From Alphaproteobacteria bacterium (lineage in GTDB: Bacteria > Pseudomonadota > Alphaproteobacteria > Sphingomonadales > SMXR01): 64,000 bases of DNA. The notes beneath the pieces were generated by a model. That model saw nothing but the letters and a program-made list of their open reading frames with translations. It was not told where the DNA came from and ran no database searches. The position numbers were made by a program, and so were the translations under genes. Below are positions 48,504 to 57,822 of the stretch, piece after piece. The DNA lies in assembly GCA_030634465.1 (NCBI GenBank), contig DAOWAS010000001.1, positions 3,780 to 67,779 on the forward strand, read 5' to 3'. The stretch's first letter is position 1, and each line of letters begins with the position of its first letter.

Positions 48504-49031
48504 CTATTCAAACGGGTTGCTGTAGGGTGCGGGGTTGCTGTTACCCATGTCGAACACAACTTTCCACTGACCATCGCTTTGCTTGAACCAAATGCTAACA
48601 TATTTACCGTGGCTAAGAATTTTCTCACCTTGGTAATCTGTGCTCTCATAAACATAACGACCGTATGTATAGCCCATGCGGCTACCCTCTGGCAGGAAAC
48701 CACCGAGTGGTGTCCACTTAAGGGTGTAGATACCCGCCGCCTGCATATCTCGTAAAATTGCTGGCAGACCGTGTAAAAACTCGCCACCATTAACAGGCGA
48801 TATGGCACCATCAGCCATATATGTTTGAAATGCCACAATGGCACCGCTTTCAACCGAAAGAGCTGAGAACTTTGTATCAAGATCCATCAATTTACCTAAA
48901 CTATCAGGAAAATCATGGTCTAAACCTTGCATCTCAGGTATTGGCTGTAGTTGGGATTGGGCATAGGAGGCATTTGGAACTAAAAACAGACAAAAAACTA
49001 TAATAGCTATTATTCTGCTTGTTTTTATCAT
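48504..49031 (-). CDS. Secreted NTF2-like (DUF4440/SnoaL-like) protein
   Basis: Signal peptide IIAIIVFCLFLVPNASYA. The C-terminal GKYVSIWFKQSDGQWKVVFD is typical of DUF4440-type folds. Confidence 0.5.
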   Translation of the reverse strand: MIKTSRIIAIIVFCLFLVPNASYAQSQLQPIPEMQGLDHDFPDSLGKLMDLDTKFSALSVESGAIVAFQTYMADGAISPVNGGEFLHGLPAILRDMQAAGIYTLKWTPLGGFLPEGSRMGYTYGRYVYESTDYQGEKILSHGKYVSIWFKQSDGQWKVVFDMGNSNPAPYSNPFE

Positions 49032-49035
49032 GCCA

Positions 49036-49524
49036 CTATCTTTCCAATGTTACGAAACTATATGCAGGGCTGTCGCCCTCAGCTGCAAATAACTCTCTGT
49101 GGGTTTCAGTCCACTCATTTTTGTCAAAAACAAAGCTAGCATCACCCTCAGGTTTTGCGTGAACTTCGGTCAGGTAAATGCAATTTACCACATCCATCGC
49201 CATATTGTAAATTTCAGCCCCGCCAATGACCATAACCTCGTCGGTTTCCTTGCTGGCAACCTCAAAAGCATGGTCCATACTGCACACCACTACGGCACCA
49301 TCAGCCGTGTAGCTTTCATTCCGCGTTACCACAATGTTAGTGCGCCCAGGCAACACCCGACCAATGCTGTCAAAGGTTTTGCGCCCCATAACAATGGGGT
49401 GACCCATGGTTTTTTCTTTAAAAAACTTCAGGTCAGCAGGAATGCTCCACGGCAGGTCACCATTTTTACCAATGACACCATTGTCCGCCACCGCAACAAC
49501 AAAGCTGATTTTCATTTCACTCAT
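49036..49524 (-). CDS. folA: Dihydrofolate reductase
   Basis: 162 aa: IGKNGDLPW...MGRKTFDSIGRVLPGRTNIVVTR...VIGGAEIY. It abuts the thyA stop. Confidence 0.95.
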   Translation of the reverse strand: MSEMKISFVVAVADNGVIGKNGDLPWSIPADLKFFKEKTMGHPIVMGRKTFDSIGRVLPGRTNIVVTRNESYTADGAVVVCSMDHAFEVASKETDEVMVIGGAEIYNMAMDVVNCIYLTEVHAKPEGDASFVFDKNEWTETHRELFAAEGDSPAYSFVTLER

Positions 49525-50319
49525 TTAAACACTTACCTCAGCTTTAATATGTGGATGGGGGTCATAGTTAACCAGTTCAAAGTCATCTATGGTGAAATCG
49601 AAAATACTGGTTATATCAGGGTTTATTTTCATAGTGGGTAATGGCTTAGTTTCACGAGTTAATTGCAGGTCTGTTTGCTCTAAATGGTTGGAATATAAGT
49701 GAGCATCGCCAAAGCTGTGAATAAACTCGCCAACTTCCAAGCCTGTTACCTGCGCCACCATCATGGTCAGCAAGGCGTATGAGGCAATGTTAAACGGCAC
49801 CCCCAAAAACACATCGGCTGAACGTTGGTATAACTGGCACGACAATTTGCCATCAGCCACATAAAACTGAAACAGACAATGACACGGCGGCAAGGCCATA
49901 TTATCAACATCCGCCACATTCCATGCGCAAACAATTAAACGTCTGGAGTTTGGGTTATTTTTAATTTGCTCAACCACTTGGCTTAACTGGTCAATTTTTC
50001 TGCCATCTGGTGCCGGCCATGACCGCCATTGATAGCCATAAACAGGGCCAAGATCGCCGTTTTCATCGGCCCAATCGTCCCAAATACGAACTTTATTGTC
50101 TTGCAGGTATTTTACATTGGTATCGCCCGCAATAAACCACAGCAATTCATGGATAATTGAACGTAAATGCAGCTTTTTAGTAGTTAAAACAGGAAAACCT
50201 TTGCTTAAATCAAAACGCATTTGGTGGCCAAACACACTGGTTGTACCAGTTCCTGTTCTATCACCCTTAAAATTACCGTCCTCACGAATATGACGCAATA
50301 GATCTAGATAGGCCTTCAT
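49525..50319 (-). CDS. thyA: Thymidylate synthase (ThyA)
   Basis: 264 aa from [11 protein letters not shown]... with the catalytic PPCH ([11 protein letters not shown]). The 17 extra N-terminal codons in the track ORF (to 50370) are not family-like. Confidence 0.95.
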   Translation of the reverse strand: MKAYLDLLRHIREDGNFKGDRTGTGTTSVFGHQMRFDLSKGFPVLTTKKLHLRSIIHELLWFIAGDTNVKYLQDNKVRIWDDWADENGDLGPVYGYQWRSWPAPDGRKIDQLSQVVEQIKNNPNSRRLIVCAWNVADVDNMALPPCHCLFQFYVADGKLSCQLYQRSADVFLGVPFNIASYALLTMMVAQVTGLEVGEFIHSFGDAHLYSNHLEQTDLQLTRETKPLPTMKINPDITSIFDFTIDDFELVNYDPHPHIKAEVSV

Positions 50320-50445
50320 AAAACTGCACCCCACTAAAATAAGAATTGTCTTTTGATAGCACAGCACCAAACATGGTCAAGCCGTTAGTAGGCAAATACA
50401 TAAAATTCTTTCCTTGACCCAAATGACCTTCATAATCATATTTGG

Positions 50446-51159
50446 ATGATGAGCAATATTCAAAAATTCAAGGCTATTTCTTTCGATTGTTATGGCACGC
50501 TTATCAACTGGGAAAAAGGTCTGCTTGCCACCCTCAAGCCGTGGTTAGAGGCTGAAGGTAAAAACATTGCTGATGATGATATTTTAAAAGCATTTGCCCT
50601 CCATGAAAGCGAAGAACAAGCCGAAGTGCAAAGCGCACCCTACCCTGAGATTTTAGAAGGTGTGCATCTTGCTCTGGCTCGCGAATTTAAAGTAAAATCT
50701 AGCCGCCAACTGCGTGAAGAGTTTATGCACAGTGTTGGTAACTGGCCTGCGTTTGACGACACTGTGGAAGCATTGAAGTCACTAAAAAAGGATTATAAAC
50801 TTATTATCCTGTCAAACGTGGATAATGCCTCATTCGCCAAAACAGCAAAAAAACTAGGCGTGGAATTTGACGCTGTTTACACGGCTGAGGATATTTGCTC
50901 ATACAAGCCACAAAAGGCCAATTTTAGATATTTGCTAGAACACGCCAAGGCTGACCTAGGGCTTAAAAAAAGCGATATTCTCCACACTGCACAATCGCTA
51001 TTTCACGACCATGTGCCAGCGCAAGGCTTTGGCCTTAAAACCTGTTGGATAGACAGACGTGGTGATGATGGCGGAGCAACGAACAAGCCCAAAACACCCG
51101 TAAAACCCCACTGGACGTTTGCTTCCCTGACCGAATTTGCCCAAGCAATGAAGAAATAG
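50446..51159 (+). CDS. HAD-family hydrolase (haloacid dehalogenase type II-like)
   Basis: Motif I ISFDCYGTLINW, motif II ILSNV, and SYKPQK lysine. Confidence 0.75.
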   Translation: MMSNIQKFKAISFDCYGTLINWEKGLLATLKPWLEAEGKNIADDDILKAFALHESEEQAEVQSAPYPEILEGVHLALAREFKVKSSRQLREEFMHSVGNWPAFDDTVEALKSLKKDYKLIILSNVDNASFAKTAKKLGVEFDAVYTAEDICSYKPQKANFRYLLEHAKADLGLKKSDILHTAQSLFHDHVPAQGFGLKTCWIDRRGDDGGATNKPKTPVKPHWTFASLTEFAQAMKK

Positions 51160-51237
51160 CCTAAAAATAAAATTTCAATTAATCTCGCAAATCAGCACAC
51201 TAAGCCTTTAAAAACCCATAATACTACCCTATATAGA

Positions 51238-51598
51238 GGGTGCTAGCTTGCTAGCTATGGCGATAAACGACGTATGTAATAGACATTTCGGACCCGGGGG
51301 CGGTACCCGGCGCCTCCACCATAAGTATTTGTAATATAAAGCTTTATAGCGAACAAATATTTATGTGGGGGCGAAATAGGATCGACGGATGTTCAAAGAT
51401 ACGAATCTTTTGCTCGGCATGATACCGCCGTGATGGGTCACTTTTTTAGATGCCAATGATAACGAGGCTCTAGCAATTGCTGCATAACTAACTGCCTAAC
51501 GGCACGAAGTTAAGCAAAAATAGCGCGGTCGTGGGATGTAACCGGGCAACAGAATACAATTCCCGCGGTTTGGGTGGTGCCGGGCAACAGAAACCACC
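51238..51598 (+). ncRNA. ssrA: Two-piece (circularly permuted) tmRNA: acceptor piece, excised intervening hairpin, coding piece
   Basis: The acceptor piece ends with a T-arm CCGGG-GGCGGTA-CCCGG then CGCCTCC-ACCA (to 51321). The coding piece starts GGGGGCGAAATAGGATCGACGG (51367). This forms a 7-bp acceptor stem with the G3:U pair. The tag ORF GCC AAT GAT AAC GAG GCT CTA GCA ATT GCT GCA TAA (51452-51487) encodes ANDNEALAIAA. Outer boundaries are approximate. Confidence 0.9.
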
Positions 51599-51599
51599 C

Positions 51600-51624
51600 A
51601 CTTACTTATTAATAGTAAGTTTTA
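51600..51624 (+). terminator. Possible terminator after ssrA
   Basis: ACTTACT-TATTAAT-AGTAAGT hairpin followed by TTT(A). The stem is AT-rich and the T-run short. Confidence 0.3.
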
Positions 51625-51651
51625 GGGGTTAATAAATAAAAAGAGACTTGC

Positions 51652-52248
51652 ATGTCAGATCAGTACTTTGACTATGACCAGATGATACAAGAAGCGCTAA
51701 AAGGTGTTGTTGTAAAAATTCTGGAAGACGTATCGCAAAACGGACTAAAGGGTGACCATCATTATTATGTGGCCTTTCGCACCCATGACGAGGGGGTGCA
51801 AATCCCGCCACAATTAAAACAACGCTACCCAGATGAAATGACTATTGTTATTCAGCATCGCTATTGGGGGCTAAACATACAAAAAAAATATTTCGAAATT
51901 GGCCTTAGCTTTGACAATAAGCCAGAGCTGTTGGTTATTCCGTATGCGGCTATTATCGGCTTTGTTGACCCTACGGCACAGTTTGCCTTGCAGTTTGAAG
52001 ATGCCCAAGACGTGGCCTCTAACGACACTGGTGTAGAGGATGGCGCAACATCTGATGCGGTTATTGAAGTGGGTTTTGAGAACGCGGTAGAAGATATAAA
52101 AGAAGCTGATAGCAAAGACATCTCACCTGCCAAAGACGGGCCACCCGCCAAAAACACTAAGGCCGCTAAAAACACGAAAGCTACTAAAGACACTGGCAAC
52201 GATGCCCCAAAAGTTATTACCTTGGATGCATTCCGTAAAAAGAAATAA
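51652..52248 (+). CDS. sspB: ClpXP adaptor SspB (alpha-proteobacterial type)
   Basis: The N-terminal domain parallels the SspB fold (HHYYVAFRTHDEGVQIP...MTIVIQHRYWGL...IPYAAIIGFVDP). It has a disordered acidic/Lys linker and a C-terminal ClpX-binding-like tail LDAFRKKK. Confidence 0.8.
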   Translation: MSDQYFDYDQMIQEALKGVVVKILEDVSQNGLKGDHHYYVAFRTHDEGVQIPPQLKQRYPDEMTIVIQHRYWGLNIQKKYFEIGLSFDNKPELLVIPYAAIIGFVDPTAQFALQFEDAQDVASNDTGVEDGATSDAVIEVGFENAVEDIKEADSKDISPAKDGPPAKNTKAAKNTKATKDTGNDAPKVITLDAFRKKK

Positions 52249-52257
52249 GGACAACTC

Positions 52258-53658
52258 ATGTCAAATAACGAAACCCGTACAGAAACAGACAGTTTTGGCC
52301 CACTTGAAGTACCAAGTGACAAATATTGGGGGGCGCAGACACAGCGTTCATCAATAAACTTTCCAATTGGCATTGAAACCATGCCCCCTGCGGTTATTCG
52401 TGCCTTAGGCATTATCAAACAGGCGGCGGCAAAAACCAACTTCGCCATGGATAATTTGGATAAAAAAACCACAGACGCCATTGTCCAAGCCGCCCAAGAC
52501 GTTATAGAAAACAAACTAGACGACCATTTTCCCCTAGTGGTTTGGCAAACTGGTTCGGGCACACAAAGCAACATGAACGCCAACGAAGTTATTGCCAACC
52601 GTGCCATTGAAATTTTAGGTGGTGTTTTGGGCTCAAAAGACCCTGTGCATCCAAACGACCATTGTAACCGTTCACAATCGTCAAACGACACATTTCCCAC
52701 CGCCATGCACATTGCCACTGCTGAAGAAATTAATGCCAGCCTAGTGCCCGCAATGGAAAAACTGCATAAAGTGTTAGACGAAAAAGCAAAAGCATTTAAA
52801 GACATTATCAAAATTGGCCGCACCCATTTGCAAGACGCAACCCCGCTAACACTAGGCCAAGAGTTTTCGGGTTATGCCACCCAGCTTAAAAACGGCATAC
52901 GCCGTGTTAAAGCCACCCTGCCCGCCATTTACGAACTAGCCCAAGGTGGCACTGCTGTGGGTACAGGGCTTAACACCAAAAAAGGTTTTGCTGAGCATTT
53001 CGCAGGCGAAGTAGCCACCATAACTGGCCTGCCATTTATCACTGCACCAAATAAATTTGAAGCTCTCGCCAGCCACGACGCCATGGTTGAGGCATCAGGT
53101 GCATTAAACACCGTTGCGGTTTCGTTTATGAAAATTGCCAACGACATTCGCTTGCTAGGTTCTGGCCCACGTTGTGGTTTGGGCGAGCTTAAATTGCCTG
53201 AAAACGAACCCGGTTCGTCAATTATGCCAGGCAAGGTTAACCCCACCCAGTGCGAAGCCCTGACCATGGTTTGTACACAGGTTATGGGCAACCACACCAC
53301 GGTTACCGTTGCAGGTTCGCAAGGGCATATGGAGCTAAACGTATTTAAACCGGTTATTGTTTATAACGTTCTACAATCCATAAAACTATTGGCTGAAGGT
53401 GCGGAAAGCTTTACCGATCGCTGTGTTTCAGGAATTGAGGCTGACGAAGAAAATATCGAAAAAATTATGAACGAAAGCCTGATGCTAGTTACAGCTCTAG
53501 CCCCTGAAATTGGTTACGATAATGCCACCAAGGTTGCAAAACACGCCCACAAAACAGGCTCAACCCTGTTGGCTGCGGCATTAGACTTAGGGTTGGTTAC
53601 CGAAGAACGCTTTAAAGAAGTAGTTCGCCCTGAAAAAATGATCGGTCCAGATGATTAG
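52258..53658 (+). CDS. fumC: Class II fumarate hydratase
   Basis: 466 aa with the signature [15 protein letters not shown]. Confidence 0.97.
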   Translation: MSNNETRTETDSFGPLEVPSDKYWGAQTQRSSINFPIGIETMPPAVIRALGIIKQAAAKTNFAMDNLDKKTTDAIVQAAQDVIENKLDDHFPLVVWQTGSGTQSNMNANEVIANRAIEILGGVLGSKDPVHPNDHCNRSQSSNDTFPTAMHIATAEEINASLVPAMEKLHKVLDEKAKAFKDIIKIGRTHLQDATPLTLGQEFSGYATQLKNGIRRVKATLPAIYELAQGGTAVGTGLNTKKGFAEHFAGEVATITGLPFITAPNKFEALASHDAMVEASGALNTVAVSFMKIANDIRLLGSGPRCGLGELKLPENEPGSSIMPGKVNPTQCEALTMVCTQVMGNHTTVTVAGSQGHMELNVFKPVIVYNVLQSIKLLAEGAESFTDRCVSGIEADEENIEKIMNESLMLVTALAPEIGYDNATKVAKHAHKTGSTLLAAALDLGLVTEERFKEVVRPEKMIGPDD

Positions 53659-53684
53659 GAGCCAAATGTTTAGGAGTCAGTGCG

Positions 53685-53921
53685 ATTAAAAACTCAACAA
53701 AAATAGAAAAACACTCTTTAAAAATTGCTGGTCACACAACCAGCATTTCCATAGAGGGTATTTTTTGGGAAGTTTTAAAAGACATCGCCAAAGAAAAGGG
53801 TAAAAGCCTAAACGCCTTGGTTGAGGAAATTGACCTAGGTCGCATGAGCGCAGATGACCCTAGTAACCTGTCTAGCAGTTTACGAGTATTTGTTATGGCC
53901 TGGATGCAACGAAAGTCTTAG
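53685..53921 (+). CDS. Ribbon-helix-helix (RHH_4-like) small protein; start codon non-canonical or unresolved
   Basis: My own translation gives ...IKNSTKIEKHSLKIAGHTTSISIEGIFWEVLKDIAKEKGKSLNALVEEIDLGRMSADDPSNLSSSLRVFVMAWMQRKS. The (K/R)S(V/L).IAGH.TS(I/V)S.E..FW pattern is typical of this family. There is no ATG/GTG/TTG in frame after the upstream stop. ATT at 53685 has AGGAG 8 nt upstream. Confidence 0.65.
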   Translation: MKNSTKIEKHSLKIAGHTTSISIEGIFWEVLKDIAKEKGKSLNALVEEIDLGRMSADDPSNLSSSLRVFVMAWMQRKS

Positions 53922-56900
53922 CTAATCATCGTCAGGTGTTTGCTCTGGTTGTGGTCGTGGTTGCAGCAAATCTAACAATGTATCAATAATTACATCAGCA
54001 GGGTCAACGCGACCTGCGGGATCGACTGGATCAACCTCAGGTTCTTGAGCAGGGGCTTCTTGCGGCTGAGTTTGTGTCGGTGTCTGTGTCGGTGTCGGAA
54101 TGCCAAAAATAGCACCTATGCCACCCTCACCGCCTGTAATGCTATCCAAAAGCGACGAGGCAAAACGCTCACCCATAAATGCCCGCAACCTGTCGGTTCG
54201 ATAATTTATAGTTGGGTTATCAATATCGCCCGCAATATCAACCCCAATTGGTGGCACGTCACGCACTGGTGGCGCGGCAATTTCCTCAATGGTTATCTGA
54301 CCAGTGGCATCTCGCACCTCTCTGGTTTGGGGTGCAGTTGCTGGTAGTGCTACCTCGTTAAACTTAATACTGCCTGTGCCTGTCATGGTCCACTGGGGCA
54401 GGTCTAGCCGCATTCTGCCATCAACATCAGCACCTTCGATATCTGCAGTTATATTGCGGGCAGAAAACACCCCACGTTCACCAACAAAATTAGTTCTGAT
54501 GTTGCCAAATGGGGTCTCGCCTCCACCTAAACTATTTCCTAATAGCGATAAGAAATCTGGCAAACTGTTTAGCCGCGCCAAACGCCGTGAAATACGGTCT
54601 ATATCAATGCCTTTTATAACGCCGTTTTGCGCCCAAATTTCAACATTGCCATTTAACGACGACACCGCATCATACTGGCTAATGCCGCTAAAGCTGACAT
54701 CAGACCTAAGCGACAAGCTGCCCGTGGCAGGGCTAATGGCGGCACTGGCTTCTAACGCCTGTTTTAGGCTGGCCTCTTCCATGGTTATGGCAACACTGCC
54801 CTTAGGCACATTGTTCACATCCATTCTAAGTTGCCCCAAAACACGACCACCAAACATTTTTCCTTTAAAGTCTGTAATGTTTAAAACGCCGTTTTCCAAA
54901 CGTGCTTTAAACTGCGGTTCCATATAACGATATTTGTCATAGCTAATTTCTTGACCATCAAAACCAATATCAATGTCAATTTCACGCATCCAATTTAGCT
55001 CAAACGGGTTTCTAGACCAGCGTCTGCCCCCTGCGGCTTTTACCGCTGTTGCCCCTGTGCTTGAGTTTCCTAAAAAGCGTGAAAGCGGCAAACCATCAAT
55101 AGACAATGTGCCTGATAGCTTTGGTCGCACCCCATTATCGTCATAACGCATGTCCAAACCATATCTGGTGGGGCCAAACAACCCAACCATATCGCTGCTT
55201 TGATAGACACCCTCACCACCACTGATATTAGCAATTAACTGGAAGCGACCCAAACGATCCCCATTAGGGCTAAAGCCAAAACCAAGGGCATCAGACACAT
55301 TCATAAACCTTGCGTGGTTGGCCTCAACCTCTAAATTAAATGTTGGTTGCTCGGCATTGGTATCTATCATGCCAACCATGGTCATGCGCCCACCAATTAT
55401 ATCTACAGTTAGGTTGCTTTCTAATGCGTCGGGCGTTCCCTTTAAGCCGCCCGCCACTGTAAAGCCCATGCCGTCACCGTGCATATCAAGCGGCAGGTCC
55501 ATACGTCTGATAAAATCTTGATGATCATCGCCAGAAACCGAAATTCTGACATCCATTTGTTGCGGCGTTGGGCTTAGGCCACCCAAATACCCGTTTAGCG
55601 AATAGTTGGCATGGGCGGCGCGCCCTTCAATATTTAAGTTCACTTGGCTTAAAGTGCCATCAACATGGCCTTTTAGGGACACTGCCGCCAGTTTATAAAC
55701 ATCCACAGGCAGCTCAACCCCCGCCCAGCGTGTTAATGCCGCCAAACTTGGGCTTTCCATATCCATAGATAAATTAAAGCGTGGCGTGCTGCCAATGCCC
55801 TCAACCGTTCCTGACAGGTTGCCCTTAACCCCTTTGAAATCCGTGGTGCTAAAACTGGCAATGGTCAAACGGTTTTCTGCTAACCTACTGTCCAAATTAA
55901 AATCAGTGAAACGAGCATCTCCAACACTAAACTTATCAGCTTTTAGCTTCAACACGGCGCTCAAGCCCTGAAGCGGCGACAAGACATCTTCAATGGCTTT
56001 TGTGGTTTCAGCCCATGTTCTGCCATCACCACTAGTTTGTTGCTTGGGTGGAAAATATTTTTCAATATCCAAATTGCTCAAACTAATGTCGGCTTTATAT
56101 ATTGGCTCACCGTTACCTTCTACCGCCATATTGCCACTATATTGAATGCCGTCTAACTGGCCTGTTGCGCCACTTATGGCGAAACTATCAAGACCTACAT
56201 TTATAATACTTCTTAAAGAAAAACCTTTTAGGCGTTCAGTTGGGATTTCGCTTAAATCTTGCCCCAGCCATGTTAAGCTCGTGCGAATATTGTTACTGTT
56301 AAGGTCTAAATTGCCCCTAAACACTGGGTTTGCGCCCACATTAAAGCCACCACTGAGCTTTACCTCGGTATTGCCGGGCAAAAGTGAAGCGGCCTCATCA
56401 ACACGTAGCTTGGTGCCATCAAAATAGCCCTTGGCACTGGTTCGTCTTGCCACCTCGCCAGCATAATTAACCAAGCCAACTTCTAATTTATAGTTTATTT
56501 TGAACTGATTGCTAGTGGCACTAGTGGCGATTGTTGGGCTTGCCACTGTAGTGGTGCTGGCTAGTGACACATTTTCTTGTCGCCAATTTTCAACCGTTAC
56601 ACTGTTTAGTTTAAGCGAAACATCAGCAGTGGCACCACCCTCAGCTTCAGGAGAAACCAGCAGCTCACCCTCACCAGTTGTTTCGCCAACCTTCAGGGCA
56701 AATGATCGTGCGGTTATGCGCGCCTTGGTCAACACCAAGGGTGCTGACAGCTCAAAACCTTTATCCAAATTTAGCGGAAACTCGTCTGGTTCAGTGCCGT
56801 TTGCTAGTAACATAAGGCCTGCCGCCACCTCGCCCAAGTTACCACCTGCGGCCTTAAATTGGCCTGATGCCGCAGATGCCGCACCATCTAAAACCACAGT

Positions 56901-57593
56901 TGCTTGAAAATTAATGCCCGGATTTTGCCCCGCTACAATTAAGTTTAGTGACAAAGGAAAACTGCGTGAGGTTTCAATACGGCCTGAGGTAGCCTCAAGC
57001 TCAAAACCAACACCACCATAAGAATATGATGAATTTATACTAAATGGCCCCTTGGCACTATCCGCCCTTAAAACTGCATCGATATTTTTAAAAACATCTG
57101 TGCGACCTAAAACAGCATCGTTATAATGCACCTCAAGGTCATCTATAGATACATGGTCAAAACGCATGTCATCAGCATTGCTGGGTGTGGCTTCATTTTC
57201 TTCGGGTAATAAAAACTGCCAATTGGCAATACCATCAGCATTTCGCTCTAATGTTAGCACACCACCTTTTAAAACCAGACTTTTAGCCTCAATCCGCCCC
57301 ATAACAAGGGCGATAAAGCCAACATTAATGCCTAAACTATCTAATTTCAAAAATGGTGCACCAGTTGGATCTAAAAGGGTTATATCCCCAGCCGCCAAGG
57401 CGGGTGATGGCAACAACCTAACCACCAAATTGCCACCTATGTTTATACGGTGGCCCGTTTGTGAGTATATGGTGTCGGTTACTTCTGTTTTATATTCATT
57501 CCAGTTTAAAAACCCTGGAATAGAGGCAATAATGCCTACAATAATAGCAACAATAGCAACAAAATATATCAGGCCTTTTTTCACTACACTCAA
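53922..57593 (-). CDS. AsmA-family large envelope protein
   Basis: 1223 aa with an N-terminal anchor and the AsmA-type start (FLNWNEYKTEVTDTIYSQTGHRINIGGNLVVRLLPSPAL). The body is long and beta-rich. The C-terminal tail is Pro/Thr/Gln-rich. Confidence 0.8.
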   Translation of the reverse strand: MSVVKKGLIYFVAIVAIIVGIIASIPGFLNWNEYKTEVTDTIYSQTGHRINIGGNLVVRLLPSPALAAGDITLLDPTGAPFLKLDSLGINVGFIALVMGRIEAKSLVLKGGVLTLERNADGIANWQFLLPEENEATPSNADDMRFDHVSIDDLEVHYNDAVLGRTDVFKNIDAVLRADSAKGPFSINSSYSYGGVGFELEATSGRIETSRSFPLSLNLIVAGQNPGINFQATVVLDGAASAASGQFKAAGGNLGEVAAGLMLLANGTEPDEFPLNLDKGFELSAPLVLTKARITARSFALKVGETTGEGELLVSPEAEGGATADVSLKLNSVTVENWRQENVSLASTTTVASPTIATSATSNQFKINYKLEVGLVNYAGEVARRTSAKGYFDGTKLRVDEAASLLPGNTEVKLSGGFNVGANPVFRGNLDLNSNNIRTSLTWLGQDLSEIPTERLKGFSLRSIINVGLDSFAISGATGQLDGIQYSGNMAVEGNGEPIYKADISLSNLDIEKYFPPKQQTSGDGRTWAETTKAIEDVLSPLQGLSAVLKLKADKFSVGDARFTDFNLDSRLAENRLTIASFSTTDFKGVKGNLSGTVEGIGSTPRFNLSMDMESPSLAALTRWAGVELPVDVYKLAAVSLKGHVDGTLSQVNLNIEGRAAHANYSLNGYLGGLSPTPQQMDVRISVSGDDHQDFIRRMDLPLDMHGDGMGFTVAGGLKGTPDALESNLTVDIIGGRMTMVGMIDTNAEQPTFNLEVEANHARFMNVSDALGFGFSPNGDRLGRFQLIANISGGEGVYQSSDMVGLFGPTRYGLDMRYDDNGVRPKLSGTLSIDGLPLSRFLGNSSTGATAVKAAGGRRWSRNPFELNWMREIDIDIGFDGQEISYDKYRYMEPQFKARLENGVLNITDFKGKMFGGRVLGQLRMDVNNVPKGSVAITMEEASLKQALEASAAISPATGSLSLRSDVSFSGISQYDAVSSLNGNVEIWAQNGVIKGIDIDRISRRLARLNSLPDFLSLLGNSLGGGETPFGNIRTNFVGERGVFSARNITADIEGADVDGRMRLDLPQWTMTGTGSIKFNEVALPATAPQTREVRDATGQITIEEIAAPPVRDVPPIGVDIAGDIDNPTINYRTDRLRAFMGERFASSLLDSITGGEGGIGAIFGIPTPTQTPTQTQPQEAPAQEPEVDPVDPAGRVDPADVIIDTLLDLLQPRPQPEQTPDDD

Positions 57594-57822
57594 ACCCCTT
57601 AAACATTACACCAAGCATATTGACAGTAATTTAGCACATGGCGCTAGTTTTGCGTAAAAATATGAATTTTTTATGATTTAATAATTAGAATTTTAATGTA
57701 ACTAAATAAAACAAAATAAAATGCCTTTATGCCGAATTGCCCCTAGCGATGCAAAACAGCCTAATGTAGGTTAGGTTTTATTCAGCCAGAAAAACCAAAC
57801 AAACCAGAAAAAAGTAACCAAA

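Noticed and set aside
50320-50370. A 17-codon N-terminal extension of thyA in the ORF track ([17 protein letters not shown]).
   Set aside because: ThyA family proteins begin at MK.YL.LL. The extension is hydrophobic and not family-like, so ATG 50319 was preferred.
51160-51651. Looked for an integrase or genomic island next to the tmRNA gene, a common integration hotspot.
   Set aside because: Both flanks are ordinary housekeeping genes (HAD hydrolase, sspB). No integrase, direct repeat of the tmRNA 3' end or phage gene is present. In the permuted gene the CCA end is internal.
51861-52823. A 320-aa ORF on the minus strand, antisense to the sspB 3' end and the fumC 5' half.
   Set aside because: Fully antisense to two well-supported genes. 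Its Ser/Ala/Leu-rich low-complexity translation is typical of the complementary frame of coding DNA, and it has no SD or family resemblance.
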